A stretch of 32,000 nt of DNA from Candidatus Nanopusillus sp. (lineage in GTDB: Archaea; Nanobdellota; Nanobdellia; Nanobdellales; Nanobdellaceae): positions 49 through 32,048 of the forward strand of contig JBMSAQ010000023.1 of the NCBI GenBank assembly GCA_049414405.1, read 5' to 3'. A program made the position numbers and the translations under genes. Below, in pieces: positions 15,681 through 24,829 of the stretch (within the stretch, counting starts at the first letter, position 1; every line of letters starts with the position of its first letter). Under the pieces are notes generated by a model. That model did not search any database. It saw only the letters and a list, made by a program, of their open reading frames with translations, and had not been told where the DNA came from.

Positions 15681-16565
15681 ATGTTAATACTATATTCTGG
15701 ATATTTACTATACCATAATGATCCAAATCATATAGAAAATAATAGAAGATTGTTGGTAATAAAAAAATTGATAAAAAATAATTATAGGAAAATAGGAAAA
15801 ATAAGAAAAGATATATATAAGTACATAAATTATGCACATAGTTGGAAATATATTAGGATGATAAAAAGGATCTGGAAAGATTCTTATAAAAATAATAGAA
15901 TTATTTATTTAGATTCTGATACATATATATCTCCTTTATCATTTTATTCTATTCTTAAATCTGTTGAAGGTGTGCTAAAAAGTATAGAAATAAATGAAAA
16001 ATATATTTTTATACCTACAAGACCACCAGGTCATCATGTTCCAAAAAATCCATTAAATAGTGATAAAACTCTTGGATTCTGTATATTTAATAACGTTGCA
16101 ATCGCTGGTATGTATGCAAGGAAAATATACAAAAATGTATTAATTTTTGATATAGATTTACATCATGGAAATGGGACCCAACATATAATTGAAAATAAGA
16201 AGAACATTTATTACATATCCACTCATGCAAAAAATATATATCCAAATACTGGTTTGGAATCTGGAAATAATTATTTTAATTTTCCATTAAATTTTAATAT
16301 AGATGATAATTATTATATTAGTTTATTAAATGTTAAAATATTTCCATTAATTGAAGAAATAAATCCAGAAATTGTGTTAGTATCTTTGGGATTTGATATG
16401 CATAAAAATGACCCATTATCGGTATTTAACATCACATTGAAATCATATGAATATATCTTTAATTATTTAAAAAGGTTCAATAAGGTTGTATATATATTAG
16501 AAGGTGGTTATAATAGAGAAGTAATTTATAATGGTATAAATATATTATTAAAAGTATATGGATAA
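15681..16565 (+). CDS. Histone deacetylase-family (HDAC/AcuC/acetylpolyamine amidohydrolase) deacetylase
   Basis: TRPPGHH, GFCIFNNVAIA, IFDIDLHHGNGTQ, SLGFDMHKNDPL and ILEGGYN. The full zinc and catalytic motif set is present. Confidence 0.85.
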   Translation: MLILYSGYLLYHNDPNHIENNRRLLVIKKLIKNNYRKIGKIRKDIYKYINYAHSWKYIRMIKRIWKDSYKNNRIIYLDSDTYISPLSFYSILKSVEGVLKSIEINEKYIFIPTRPPGHHVPKNPLNSDKTLGFCIFNNVAIAGMYARKIYKNVLIFDIDLHHGNGTQHIIENKKNIYYISTHAKNIYPNTGLESGNNYFNFPLNFNIDDNYYISLLNVKIFPLIEEINPEIVLVSLGFDMHKNDPLSVFNITLKSYEYIFNYLKRFNKVVYILEGGYNREVIYNGINILLKVYG

Positions 16566-17658
16566 GTTTTATTTAGGGTTTTCAATATCATCATTTCAAA
16601 CCGAAGGAAATTATAATAATCAAGATTGGTATTATTTTATTAAACAAAGAAAATTACCAGAGATAGATAATGCTTGTAATTTATGGGAAAAATATTTGGA
16701 TATAATTCCGATATTAATTGATTTAAATGCAAATGCTTTTAGATTTTCAATAGATTGGGCTAGAATATATCCGAATAAAGATAAAATAGATTACCATAGT
16801 ACAAAAAGATATGTAGAATTTACAAATAAATTGATAAAAAATAATATAGAACCATTTATAACCTTATGGCATTATGTTAACCCTCTATGGTTTTATAATT
16901 TGGGAGGATGGGAAAATAAAGAAAATATAGAATATTTTGTTAATTATTCATACTTTATAATTGATAAATTTTCTAAATTAGGAGTTAAGTATTTTATATC
17001 ATTCAATGAACCTTGGATATATATATTATCCTCTTATGTTTTCGGTAAATGGCCCCCATTTAAAAAAGTAAATAATATCGAAGATGTGAAGAATGTGATA
17101 GTAATATTAGATAATATATTTTATGCGAATAAAAAATTATATAAGATAACTAAAGAGTTCAATGTTTATTTAATATATACAGAAAATTTATCATTATTAA
17201 AACTACCGTTTAACTTTTTATTAAAGGATATAATAAGTTCAAATATTCATTTACTATTTCCAAAAGAAATAGATTTCTATGGAATAAACTATTATGGTGT
17301 ATTTAAAAGCTTAAAAGATATAGATGAAAGAAAACCATCTTTTAGCATATCTATATTAGATAATATTTTAAAGAATTTGGACAAACCTATATTCATAACA
17401 GAAAATGGAATAAATACTGAAGATGAATTTTTAAGGGTTAGAATTATTAAAAAATATCTGCATTATTTTGTAAAAAATAGAAAAAAATATAATATAAAGG
17501 GATATTTTATTTGGTCTTTAATGGATAATTACGAGTGGGATTTTGGATATAATGCAAAATTTGGGATATTAAATAGAAATTTAGCAAAGAAAGATTCTTA
17601 TTATGAGATAAAAGAAATATATAAAAGATTAAATCAAAAGCTTAATATATCCAAGTAA
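16558..17658 (+). CDS. Glycoside hydrolase family 1 beta-glycosidase (very short, 366 aa)
   Basis: SSFQTEGN, FRFSIDWARIYP, TLWHY, FNEPW (acid/base Glu), GINYYG, ITENG (nucleophile Glu) and WSLMDNYEWDFGYNAKFG. 8-nt overlap with the deacetylase gene. Confidence 0.85.
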   Translation: MDKFYLGFSISSFQTEGNYNNQDWYYFIKQRKLPEIDNACNLWEKYLDIIPILIDLNANAFRFSIDWARIYPNKDKIDYHSTKRYVEFTNKLIKNNIEPFITLWHYVNPLWFYNLGGWENKENIEYFVNYSYFIIDKFSKLGVKYFISFNEPWIYILSSYVFGKWPPFKKVNNIEDVKNVIVILDNIFYANKKLYKITKEFNVYLIYTENLSLLKLPFNFLLKDIISSNIHLLFPKEIDFYGINYYGVFKSLKDIDERKPSFSISILDNILKNLDKPIFITENGINTEDEFLRVRIIKKYLHYFVKNRKKYNIKGYFIWSLMDNYEWDFGYNAKFGILNRNLAKKDSYYEIKEIYKRLNQKLNISK

Positions 17659-18141
17659 AGGTATTCTTAGTATTCCAATCCCAATAATTCTATTTGGATC
17701 CATATTATTTTCATCTTCAAATATTATTGGTCCGAGATTATTATCCCCCATAATAATAAAGTTGCCATTATTATTATAACCAACTATTCTATGAAAGATA
17801 TATTCACCTTTATATAATGAAGTTCCTATATATAGAATTACATCACCCGGTTTTAAATATTGTGTATCAATGGGTAAAATCATTACTATATCTCCAACGT
17901 ATAACCCATTTGGATATGGAAATTGAAAAAATTCTTGCTGTGTAATGTTATATTGTTCATATTTTTGAAAATTAAAATTATGATGCTCCATACTTGGAGA
18001 TACTATTACAGAAAATAGTGGAGGATAAATCAACTGAATAATAAAATATATAATAAATATAAATATTATAAATAGTACGTCGCTCAAATAATCATCTCCA
18101 AAAAATATTCTTATTATAATTTTTTTTATTTTTTCAATCAT
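17629..18141 (-). CDS. Signal peptidase I (archaeal/eukaryal Sec11 type)
   Basis: An N-terminal TM helix, then VSPSME (Ser box), GDIVMI, FHRIVGY (His box) and IMGDNN. Confidence 0.75.
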   Translation of the reverse strand: MIEKIKKIIIRIFFGDDYLSDVLFIIFIFIIYFIIQLIYPPLFSVIVSPSMEHHNFNFQKYEQYNITQQEFFQFPYPNGLYVGDIVMILPIDTQYLKPGDVILYIGTSLYKGEYIFHRIVGYNNNGNFIIMGDNNLGPIIFEDENNMDPNRIIGIGILRIPLLGYIKLLI

Positions 18142-18448
18142 ATACTCTCCATGTATATCCGCATTTTACACATCTATAAAATTTTGTTTCACCTTCATCC
18201 CCGGCTCTTGTTTGAATAGACCAGAAATATGCTCCTTTATTTTCACATTTTGGACATAAGACTTCATCATCAATTGGATATAATTTATAATCCTCCTCCA
18301 TGATTTTAATTTCTGAAGATTTATTTATATTTTCTTTGAGCAATAAAGAATTTGCATCTTTTATTTTTTCTTTATACCCACAATTTGGACATACTAATTG
18401 GTTATTTTCTTTTTTCATTAAGCTCCCACATTTTAGGCAAAATTTCAT
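18134..18448 (-). CDS. tfs: Transcription elongation/cleavage factor TFS (RpoM-like)
   Basis: Two zinc ribbons: CLKCGS..CPNCG and CPKCENKGAYFWSIQTRAGDEGETKFYRCVKCGYTW. The second carries the acidic DE loop. Confidence 0.88.
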   Translation of the reverse strand: MKFCLKCGSLMKKENNQLVCPNCGYKEKIKDANSLLLKENINKSSEIKIMEEDYKLYPIDDEVLCPKCENKGAYFWSIQTRAGDEGETKFYRCVKCGYTWRVYD

Positions 18449-18474
18449 AAAAATATTTTATATCGCAGAAATGT

Positions 18475-19260
18475 TTATAAATTTTCTACCTTTTTATTTA
18501 TTTCTAAGAATATTTTAAGTAAGGTAATAAGTAATATGGCAATTGATATATTAATTTCAAATGAAAAATTATTCATAATATTCTCTAATTTATAATTGAT
18601 AGTTTGGTTATATTGATTTAAATATTCATTTATTGTTGAATTTAAGTTATTTAAGAATGTTTGATTTACATATGGTAAACTATTATATAATATATATGCT
18701 CCATTTGTATCACCTACACTCTCTAAAATACTTATTGCAGTTTCATAACCACTAATATATGCATTTAGCAATTGATATCCATATATTTGGTATATATCAT
18801 ATATGTATGAAGAATAAAAAGTTTCTAACTTACTATGAATAAATTGATTCACTATATTAATAAATATTGAATTATTTAGAACAACCAACAAAATCGATAA
18901 AAAATAAGCTATCATTGCAAAAAAAGAGTATTCTATTTTTATTATTTTAAATATAAAGAACATCGAAATTGTTAAATATATATTTATAAAATTATTGAAT
19001 AATAAAAGACCAATAACGTAATATATAATTCCAATAATTAAATAGAAGATTTTATTTTCTATTTCTCTTGAAAAATACGTTCCTAAATAAAATGTTATTA
19101 AAAATGATAATAAACTAATTGATAATATAGGTAAAAGACTATAATTTGCTATTGAGAATAATAAACTATTTACTAAATCTAAAGAATATATATAAAGAAA
19201 GTATAAAGCTATAGAAGAGCCTATATACAAAATTAATGGTAATATATAATTTTTAATCAT
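18475..19260 (-). CDS. Polytopic membrane protein, unknown function
   Basis: A 261-aa ORF with several long hydrophobic segments in the N-terminal two thirds and a polar N/Y/Q-rich tail. No motif recognised. Confidence 0.5.
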   Translation of the reverse strand: MIKNYILPLILYIGSSIALYFLYIYSLDLVNSLLFSIANYSLLPILSISLLSFLITFYLGTYFSREIENKIFYLIIGIIYYVIGLLLFNNFINIYLTISMFFIFKIIKIEYSFFAMIAYFLSILLVVLNNSIFINIVNQFIHSKLETFYSSYIYDIYQIYGYQLLNAYISGYETAISILESVGDTNGAYILYNSLPYVNQTFLNNLNSTINEYLNQYNQTINYKLENIMNNFSFEINISIAILLITLLKIFLEINKKVENL

Positions 19261-19312
19261 AAAATAGTTTTTTTAGTAAAATTTTTAAAGATGTTACAGC
19301 AAAGTATGAAAA

Positions 19313-20113
19313 ATGGATTTTTATCCAATAGTTTTGGGAATAATTCAAGGTATTAGTGAATGGTTGCCAATAAGTAGTAAAACACAAATTCTAATAGCTT
19401 CACATTATTTATTAAATATTAACCCATCAATTGGCTATACATTTGGATTATTTATGGAAATTGGAACTGTATTATCTGCTTTATTATACTTTAAGAAAGA
19501 TATATATCAAATATTAAGAGATAAGAAGATGTTATATTATATAATTATTGTAATATTTTTTACAGGATTGGTTGGTGTTCCTTTATATATAATTTCTAGT
19601 AGATTATTAGAAAATGTATACAACCCATCTATACCAATGATAATTTTGGGATTAATACTTATTTTAAATGGTATTTATATATATTATACGAGGAATAAGA
19701 TAAAAATAAAGGATAAGAAAGATCTTAATTTAAGAGATATAACTATTATTGGAATCGTACAGGGGTTGTCGGTTCTACCAGGTGTTAGTAGATCCGGAAT
19801 TACAGTATCTACTATGTTATTAATGGGATATGATCCAAAATTTGCTTTTTCATTTTCATATATTTTATATATACCAGCAGCTATCGGAGCATTTTTTTTA
19901 ACTATGCTAGCTTCTAAATCTAACATTATTTATATAGAGTCTACTATCGGATATTATGGAATTTTAACTGCAATGGTTGTTTCTTTTATAGTTGGCTATT
20001 TAACTATTAATATCTTAATGAGATTAGCAAAGAGTAAAAAGGTATACTATATTAATTTTATACTTGGTAGCATAGCAATAATAGTTAATTTGATAGGTTT
20101 AGTATATGGTTAA
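19313..20113 (+). CDS. uppP: Undecaprenyl (polyprenyl)-diphosphatase UppP/BacA
   Basis: GIIQGISEWLPISSKTQ and IVQGLSVLPGVSRSGITVSTMLLMG are the two UppP signature motifs. About 8 TM segments. Confidence 0.85.
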   Translation: MDFYPIVLGIIQGISEWLPISSKTQILIASHYLLNINPSIGYTFGLFMEIGTVLSALLYFKKDIYQILRDKKMLYYIIIVIFFTGLVGVPLYIISSRLLENVYNPSIPMIILGLILILNGIYIYYTRNKIKIKDKKDLNLRDITIIGIVQGLSVLPGVSRSGITVSTMLLMGYDPKFAFSFSYILYIPAAIGAFFLTMLASKSNIIYIESTIGYYGILTAMVVSFIVGYLTINILMRLAKSKKVYYINFILGSIAIIVNLIGLVYG

Positions 20114-20121
20114 TATAATAA

Positions 20122-20130
20122 TTTATATAT
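20122..20130 (+). promoter_or_regulatory. Putative TATA box (TTTATATAT) for the surface-protein gene
   Basis: The same 9-mer as at 8387 and 10409, centred about 27 nt upstream of the ATG at 20153. Confidence 0.35.
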
Positions 20131-20152
20131 TTAAAATTAAAACATAATATAC

Positions 20153-21574
20153 ATGGATTGGAAGAAGTTTTTACTAGGTATGTTAATTATACCAATTATG
20201 TTGGAGATTTATGCACAACAGCCAATAGTTGGATATCCAACAGTAATAAGTAATCAAATCAATATATCCAATCCAAATAGCTATGCAATATATGAAATAA
20301 ATATATATAATCCTACAAATTATACATATTATTATTATGTTTTTCCATTATCTTCTCAATGGCTATTTATAGTAGGAGAAAATAATACTATGGTTTTTGG
20401 ATATCTATATCCCAATCAATTGAAGAACATAAAAATATATATGAGACCTTTAGGTTTCGTTAATCAAATACCTGAAATCGTTTTATATTTGTATAATATA
20501 AATGCCACCTCTGAACGTTATTCTTATGTAATCCAATTTACTCCAATATTATTTTATAATCAACCAACTACAACAAATTTAACTACTACCTTACCTTTAC
20601 CATTATCGATAAGCTTTGAATTATCCAGTTTGACAGTAACACAAAATAGCTTTATATATTTAATAGGAATAATAAACAATCCAAATAATTATAGTCAAAA
20701 TTTGATAATTAACATAACTTCGAGTATTAATTTTTCAGCACTTTATAACGAAACATTGAATCCGGGAGTAAATATATACCAAATTCCAATATTTATATCG
20801 AGTAATGTTTCTATAGGAGATCATCAATTGATAATATATGCAAATAACAATATATATTATCTAAATTTTACAGTTTTTCAGCTAAATACAACTCCAATAA
20901 TAGAAATAACTAAAAAAGGATTAAAATATACAATAAATATAACAAATCCACATAACTATCCAATCAATTATACATACTATTTAAAAAATCACTATGGGAT
21001 ATTTTCTACATTTTATCCAAATCAATATTATGTTAACAATATAAATGGATTGGAATATATTGTATATGATGTATTCTTATTACCAGGACAGTCTTATATA
21101 ATATATGAAGATTTCAATTACTTACTGTTAGCAGAGATAATAATCGCAGTATTAATAATACTATTTATAATATTCTATTTATTATTTAGGGATAATATGG
21201 TAATATCAAAAGAGATATTGAAGATAGATTTAGATAAAGAAACAATAGATATAACAATAAATATAAAAAATAAAAGCATATTTTCATTAAATCAAGTTAA
21301 ATTGGTAGATAGAGTAAATGGACCAATAAAAATAAAAGAATATAAAATTGTAGAACCATCTTCAATTTATAAAGTAGATAATAACTATAACTTAAACTGG
21401 AAATTTGATAATATAAGAAGAAATGAGGAAATAGTTGTTTCTTATACGTTAGAAGTAAAAGATCTAAAAGAATATAAAAATATAGAGTTACCAAGAGCAG
21501 AATTAAGATATAAGTACTTAATTTGGGATAGAGTTAAATATTCTAATGGTCTAATTATAAGAATTACAAAATAA
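20153..21574 (+). CDS. Membrane-anchored, sequon-rich surface protein, unknown function
   Basis: Signal peptide MDWKKFLLGMLIIPIMLEIYAQ, about 14 N-x-S/T sequons in the ectodomain, a TM helix LLLAEIIIAVLIILFIIFYLLF, then a beta-rich C-terminal domain of about 125 aa. Confidence 0.6.
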   Translation: MDWKKFLLGMLIIPIMLEIYAQQPIVGYPTVISNQINISNPNSYAIYEINIYNPTNYTYYYYVFPLSSQWLFIVGENNTMVFGYLYPNQLKNIKIYMRPLGFVNQIPEIVLYLYNINATSERYSYVIQFTPILFYNQPTTTNLTTTLPLPLSISFELSSLTVTQNSFIYLIGIINNPNNYSQNLIINITSSINFSALYNETLNPGVNIYQIPIFISSNVSIGDHQLIIYANNNIYYLNFTVFQLNTTPIIEITKKGLKYTINITNPHNYPINYTYYLKNHYGIFSTFYPNQYYVNNINGLEYIVYDVFLLPGQSYIIYEDFNYLLLAEIIIAVLIILFIIFYLLFRDNMVISKEILKIDLDKETIDITINIKNKSIFSLNQVKLVDRVNGPIKIKEYKIVEPSSIYKVDNNYNLNWKFDNIRRNEEIVVSYTLEVKDLKEYKNIELPRAELRYKYLIWDRVKYSNGLIIRITK

Positions 21575-21631
21575 TTTTTACTTTTTAGTTAATCTTTAAC
21601 CTTTTATTTTTAGGTATACATTATTTATATT

Positions 21632-22492
21632 ATGGACGATCTAAGGACTGGTTATCAAATTACATGGTGTCCTGGATGCACAAACTTTGGTATATATACA
21701 GCAATAATTTCTACTCTAAAAGAATTAGAATCTGAAGGAAAAATTGATAGAAAGAAAGTTGTATTTACATCTGGAATTGGGTGTGCAGGGAAGATACATA
21801 ATTATTTAAATTTAAGTTCTTTTAGTGGATTACATGGAAGAGCATTACCATTAGGGGTTGGAATAAAAATGGGAAATCCAGAATTAACTGTTTTAGTATT
21901 TCAAGGAGATGGAGATACATATAATGAAGGACTTGATCATTTTATTTCTTCATGTAAAGAAAATGCAGATATAAAGTTATTTGTTCATAACAATCAAGTA
22001 TTTGCATTAACAACTGCTCAACATACATTTACAACTGAAGAAGGACATTATTCAAAATCACTTGGTACGAAAGTATTTTCAAAACCATTGAATCCAATTG
22101 CATTAGCATTAATATCTGGTGCCACATTTGTTGCTAGAGGGTATGCATTATGGGTAGATCATTTAAAATATATAATGAAAGAAGCAATATTACACAAAGG
22201 ATTTGCATTTGTAGATATAGTACAACCATGTACTGTTCAGCATGATACAAGAAAATATTATGAAACACATATGTATAAATTAGAAGATGTCGGACACAAT
22301 CCAACAAATTTTGATGAGGCATTAAAAAAAGCTTTAGAATACGATTATTCATTAAAAGAAGATGCGAAAATTCCTGTTGGTATATTCTATAAGGAATCGA
22401 GAATTACTTTACATGAGGGATTGAAAGTACAACCATTTTATAAAATAATTAAAGAATTAAATTTGGATATTTTAAATCAGATAACCGTATAA
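21632..22492 (+). CDS. 2-oxoacid:ferredoxin oxidoreductase, beta (TPP-binding) subunit
   Basis: WCPGCTNFGI, SGIGCAGK, LHGRALP and the TPP motif GDGDTYNEGLDHF...VHNN. Confidence 0.82.
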   Translation: MDDLRTGYQITWCPGCTNFGIYTAIISTLKELESEGKIDRKKVVFTSGIGCAGKIHNYLNLSSFSGLHGRALPLGVGIKMGNPELTVLVFQGDGDTYNEGLDHFISSCKENADIKLFVHNNQVFALTTAQHTFTTEEGHYSKSLGTKVFSKPLNPIALALISGATFVARGYALWVDHLKYIMKEAILHKGFAFVDIVQPCTVQHDTRKYYETHMYKLEDVGHNPTNFDEALKKALEYDYSLKEDAKIPVGIFYKESRITLHEGLKVQPFYKIIKELNLDILNQITV

Positions 22493-22516
22493 AAATTTTT
22501 TACAATATATATTTTT

Positions 22517-23038
22517 ATGTATACATATGAGTTTGATGTAAATGATATAAAAGTAAATGAACTTGAAAAGTTGTTGAAGGAGAGAAATATAAAGTATAAC
22601 AAAAATAAAAATAGAATAATTGTTTATTATGAAGATTTTTATTTCTTATATAAATTTGATAAATTTATAAAAGGATTAAAAGCAGGTTTTGATATTAAAA
22701 AATTATTAAATGTATTGGATAATGACTGGGATATATTAGAAATTGATTTAAAATTGGTATTCGAAAAGAAAATAAACCATATAATTAGAATAAAAGGAAG
22801 GATTATTGGGGAAGAAGGAAAAATATTAGAAGAACTAAAAAAGAGGACAAATGCTGATATAATTATTAAAGATAAATATATATATATACTTGGAGATAAT
22901 GTTTCTTTACAATCAGCATATGAAGGAATAAAAAGGATAATAAAAGGGGAAAAACATGGCACAGTATTTAATTATTTGGATAAATATATAAAAGATTTAA
23001 AAAATAAGGATAAAGAATTTGCAAGATATATCAAATAA
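22517..23038 (+). CDS. KH-domain RNA-binding protein (aDim2/Pno1-like, COG1094 type)
   Basis: IIRIKGRIIGEEGKILEELKKRTNADIII carries the KH GxxG loop. The length and two-lobed layout fit archaeal Dim2. Confidence 0.5.
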   Translation: MYTYEFDVNDIKVNELEKLLKERNIKYNKNKNRIIVYYEDFYFLYKFDKFIKGLKAGFDIKKLLNVLDNDWDILEIDLKLVFEKKINHIIRIKGRIIGEEGKILEELKKRTNADIIIKDKYIYILGDNVSLQSAYEGIKRIIKGEKHGTVFNYLDKYIKDLKNKDKEFARYIK

Positions 23039-23070
23039 CATTTTAAAATATTTAAATAAATATTTTTTAA

Positions 23071-24813
23071 ATGAAAGAAAAAAGTAGACAAAATATTCAA
23101 GAAATTGAATTATATAAAAAATTTAAGAGAATATCTGTAGCAGAATTTTTTGAGAGAAATAGACATCTATTAGGATTTGATAGTCCTAGGAAAGCACTAT
23201 TAATTGCAGTTAAAGAATATGTTGATAATTCATTAGATGCATGTGAGGAATATAAAACATTACCAGATATAAAAGTTGAAATAAGTAAAATAGAAAATGA
23301 TATTTATAAAATATCTGTAGAAGATAATGGACCGGGTATACCATATGAAAATGTTCCAGAAATATTTGGTAGTTTTTTATTTGGTTCAAAGTTTCATAGA
23401 TTTATATCTACAAGAGGAAAACAAGGTATTGGGGCTTCAGCAGTTACTCTGTATTCACAACTTACAACAAAAGAACCTGTAGAAATTATTACGAAAATAA
23501 AAAATAAAGAAAAGGGGATAAAATATAAAATAAAGATTGATGTAAAAACAAATACTCCGATAATTGTAGAAAAGGAAGAAATTGAAATAAAAAAAGAGAG
23601 TGGGACAATTGTAAAGGCAAAAATAATAGGTCAATATGTAAAGGGTAAACAATCTGTCGATGAATATATTAGATTAACTGCATTAATAAACCCACATGCT
23701 AATATAACTTATAAAAATTCAGATGGAGAAAAATTTGTTTATAGAAGAATAATAAATGAGATACCGGAGCTAAAGGAAGTAAGACCCCATCCTTATGGTA
23801 TTGAAATAGGGTATTTTGAAAGATTAATAAGAGAAACAAATGAAAAAATATTATTAAGTTTTTTAACTAAAACATTTTCATCTGTAGGACAAAATACTGC
23901 AATAGAAATACTAAAAAAAGCAAAATTAGATCCAAATACAGATCCAAAGAATTTGGATGATGATCAGATTATAAAATTATATAATGCATTGCAAAATGCA
24001 AAATTAAGAGCAATACAGTCAAAATATATTGTAACACTTGGTAGAGATATTATATTAAAGAGTATGGAAAATATACTTAAGCCAGAATATATGGTTGCGA
24101 TAAAAAGAAAACCAAAATTATACAGAGGTATACCATTTATAGTGGAAGTTGGAATTGCATATGGTGGAGAAATAACAGAATTTCAATATTATAGATTTGC
24201 AAATAGAGTACCATTATTATATAAACCAGGAGAAGATGCAATAACGCATGCTTTAAAAGAAATTAATTGGAAACATTATGGATTTGAAGTTGAAGGGGAA
24301 TTTCCAAAGGATCCAATGGCAATATTGGTTCATGTTGCATCTGTTTGGTTACCATTTACTTCAGAATCAAAAGAAGCAATTGCACCATATGATGAAATAG
24401 TAAAAGAAATTGAATTAGGAATTAAAAATGTATTAAGAGAACTATCAGTATATATTAAGAAAAAGAAAGCTTTAGAAACGATTGGTGATAAATATAAAAA
24501 TTTATATGGATATGGATTAGAAGTTATAGATTCATTAAGTTCTATATTAGATATTGAAAAAAAGAATGTAGAAAAAAGAGTAAAAGAAAGAATAAAGAAA
24601 GAATTGGTAAATGATATATATGAAATATTAAAATCGGTTAAGGAAGTAAAAAATTTATTAAAAGAAGGAAAGGATGATAAAGCAATAGCTTTGATTAAGA
24701 ACATGTTAAAAGATACAGTAAAAATTAATCTACTAAGTGAAAAAGAATTGGAAAACATAATAATAGAAGTAATAAATGATGTTAAAAAGAATAAGTTGAG
24801 CTTATTAAATTAA
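23071..24813 (+). CDS. top6B: DNA topoisomerase VI subunit B
   Basis: ISVAEFFERNRHLLGFDSPRKAL..VKEYVDNSLDACEE (Bergerat ATPase N box), DNGPGIP and GKQGIGAS. It lies directly upstream of top6A. Confidence 0.9.
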   Translation: MKEKSRQNIQEIELYKKFKRISVAEFFERNRHLLGFDSPRKALLIAVKEYVDNSLDACEEYKTLPDIKVEISKIENDIYKISVEDNGPGIPYENVPEIFGSFLFGSKFHRFISTRGKQGIGASAVTLYSQLTTKEPVEIITKIKNKEKGIKYKIKIDVKTNTPIIVEKEEIEIKKESGTIVKAKIIGQYVKGKQSVDEYIRLTALINPHANITYKNSDGEKFVYRRIINEIPELKEVRPHPYGIEIGYFERLIRETNEKILLSFLTKTFSSVGQNTAIEILKKAKLDPNTDPKNLDDDQIIKLYNALQNAKLRAIQSKYIVTLGRDIILKSMENILKPEYMVAIKRKPKLYRGIPFIVEVGIAYGGEITEFQYYRFANRVPLLYKPGEDAITHALKEINWKHYGFEVEGEFPKDPMAILVHVASVWLPFTSESKEAIAPYDEIVKEIELGIKNVLRELSVYIKKKKALETIGDKYKNLYGYGLEVIDSLSSILDIEKKNVEKRVKERIKKELVNDIYEILKSVKEVKNLLKEGKDDKAIALIKNMLKDTVKINLLSEKELENIIIEVINDVKKNKLSLLN

Positions 24814-24829
24814 CTTACAATAAAATAAA

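Noticed and set aside
15670-15837. The N-terminal 56-residue extension of the thiI ORF, and similarly 5987-6127 for the PPase-like ORF and 7593-7673 for rpl29.
   Set aside because: The extensions are low-complexity, overlap well-supported neighbouring genes and have no counterpart in homologues. Internal ATGs give canonical N-termini.
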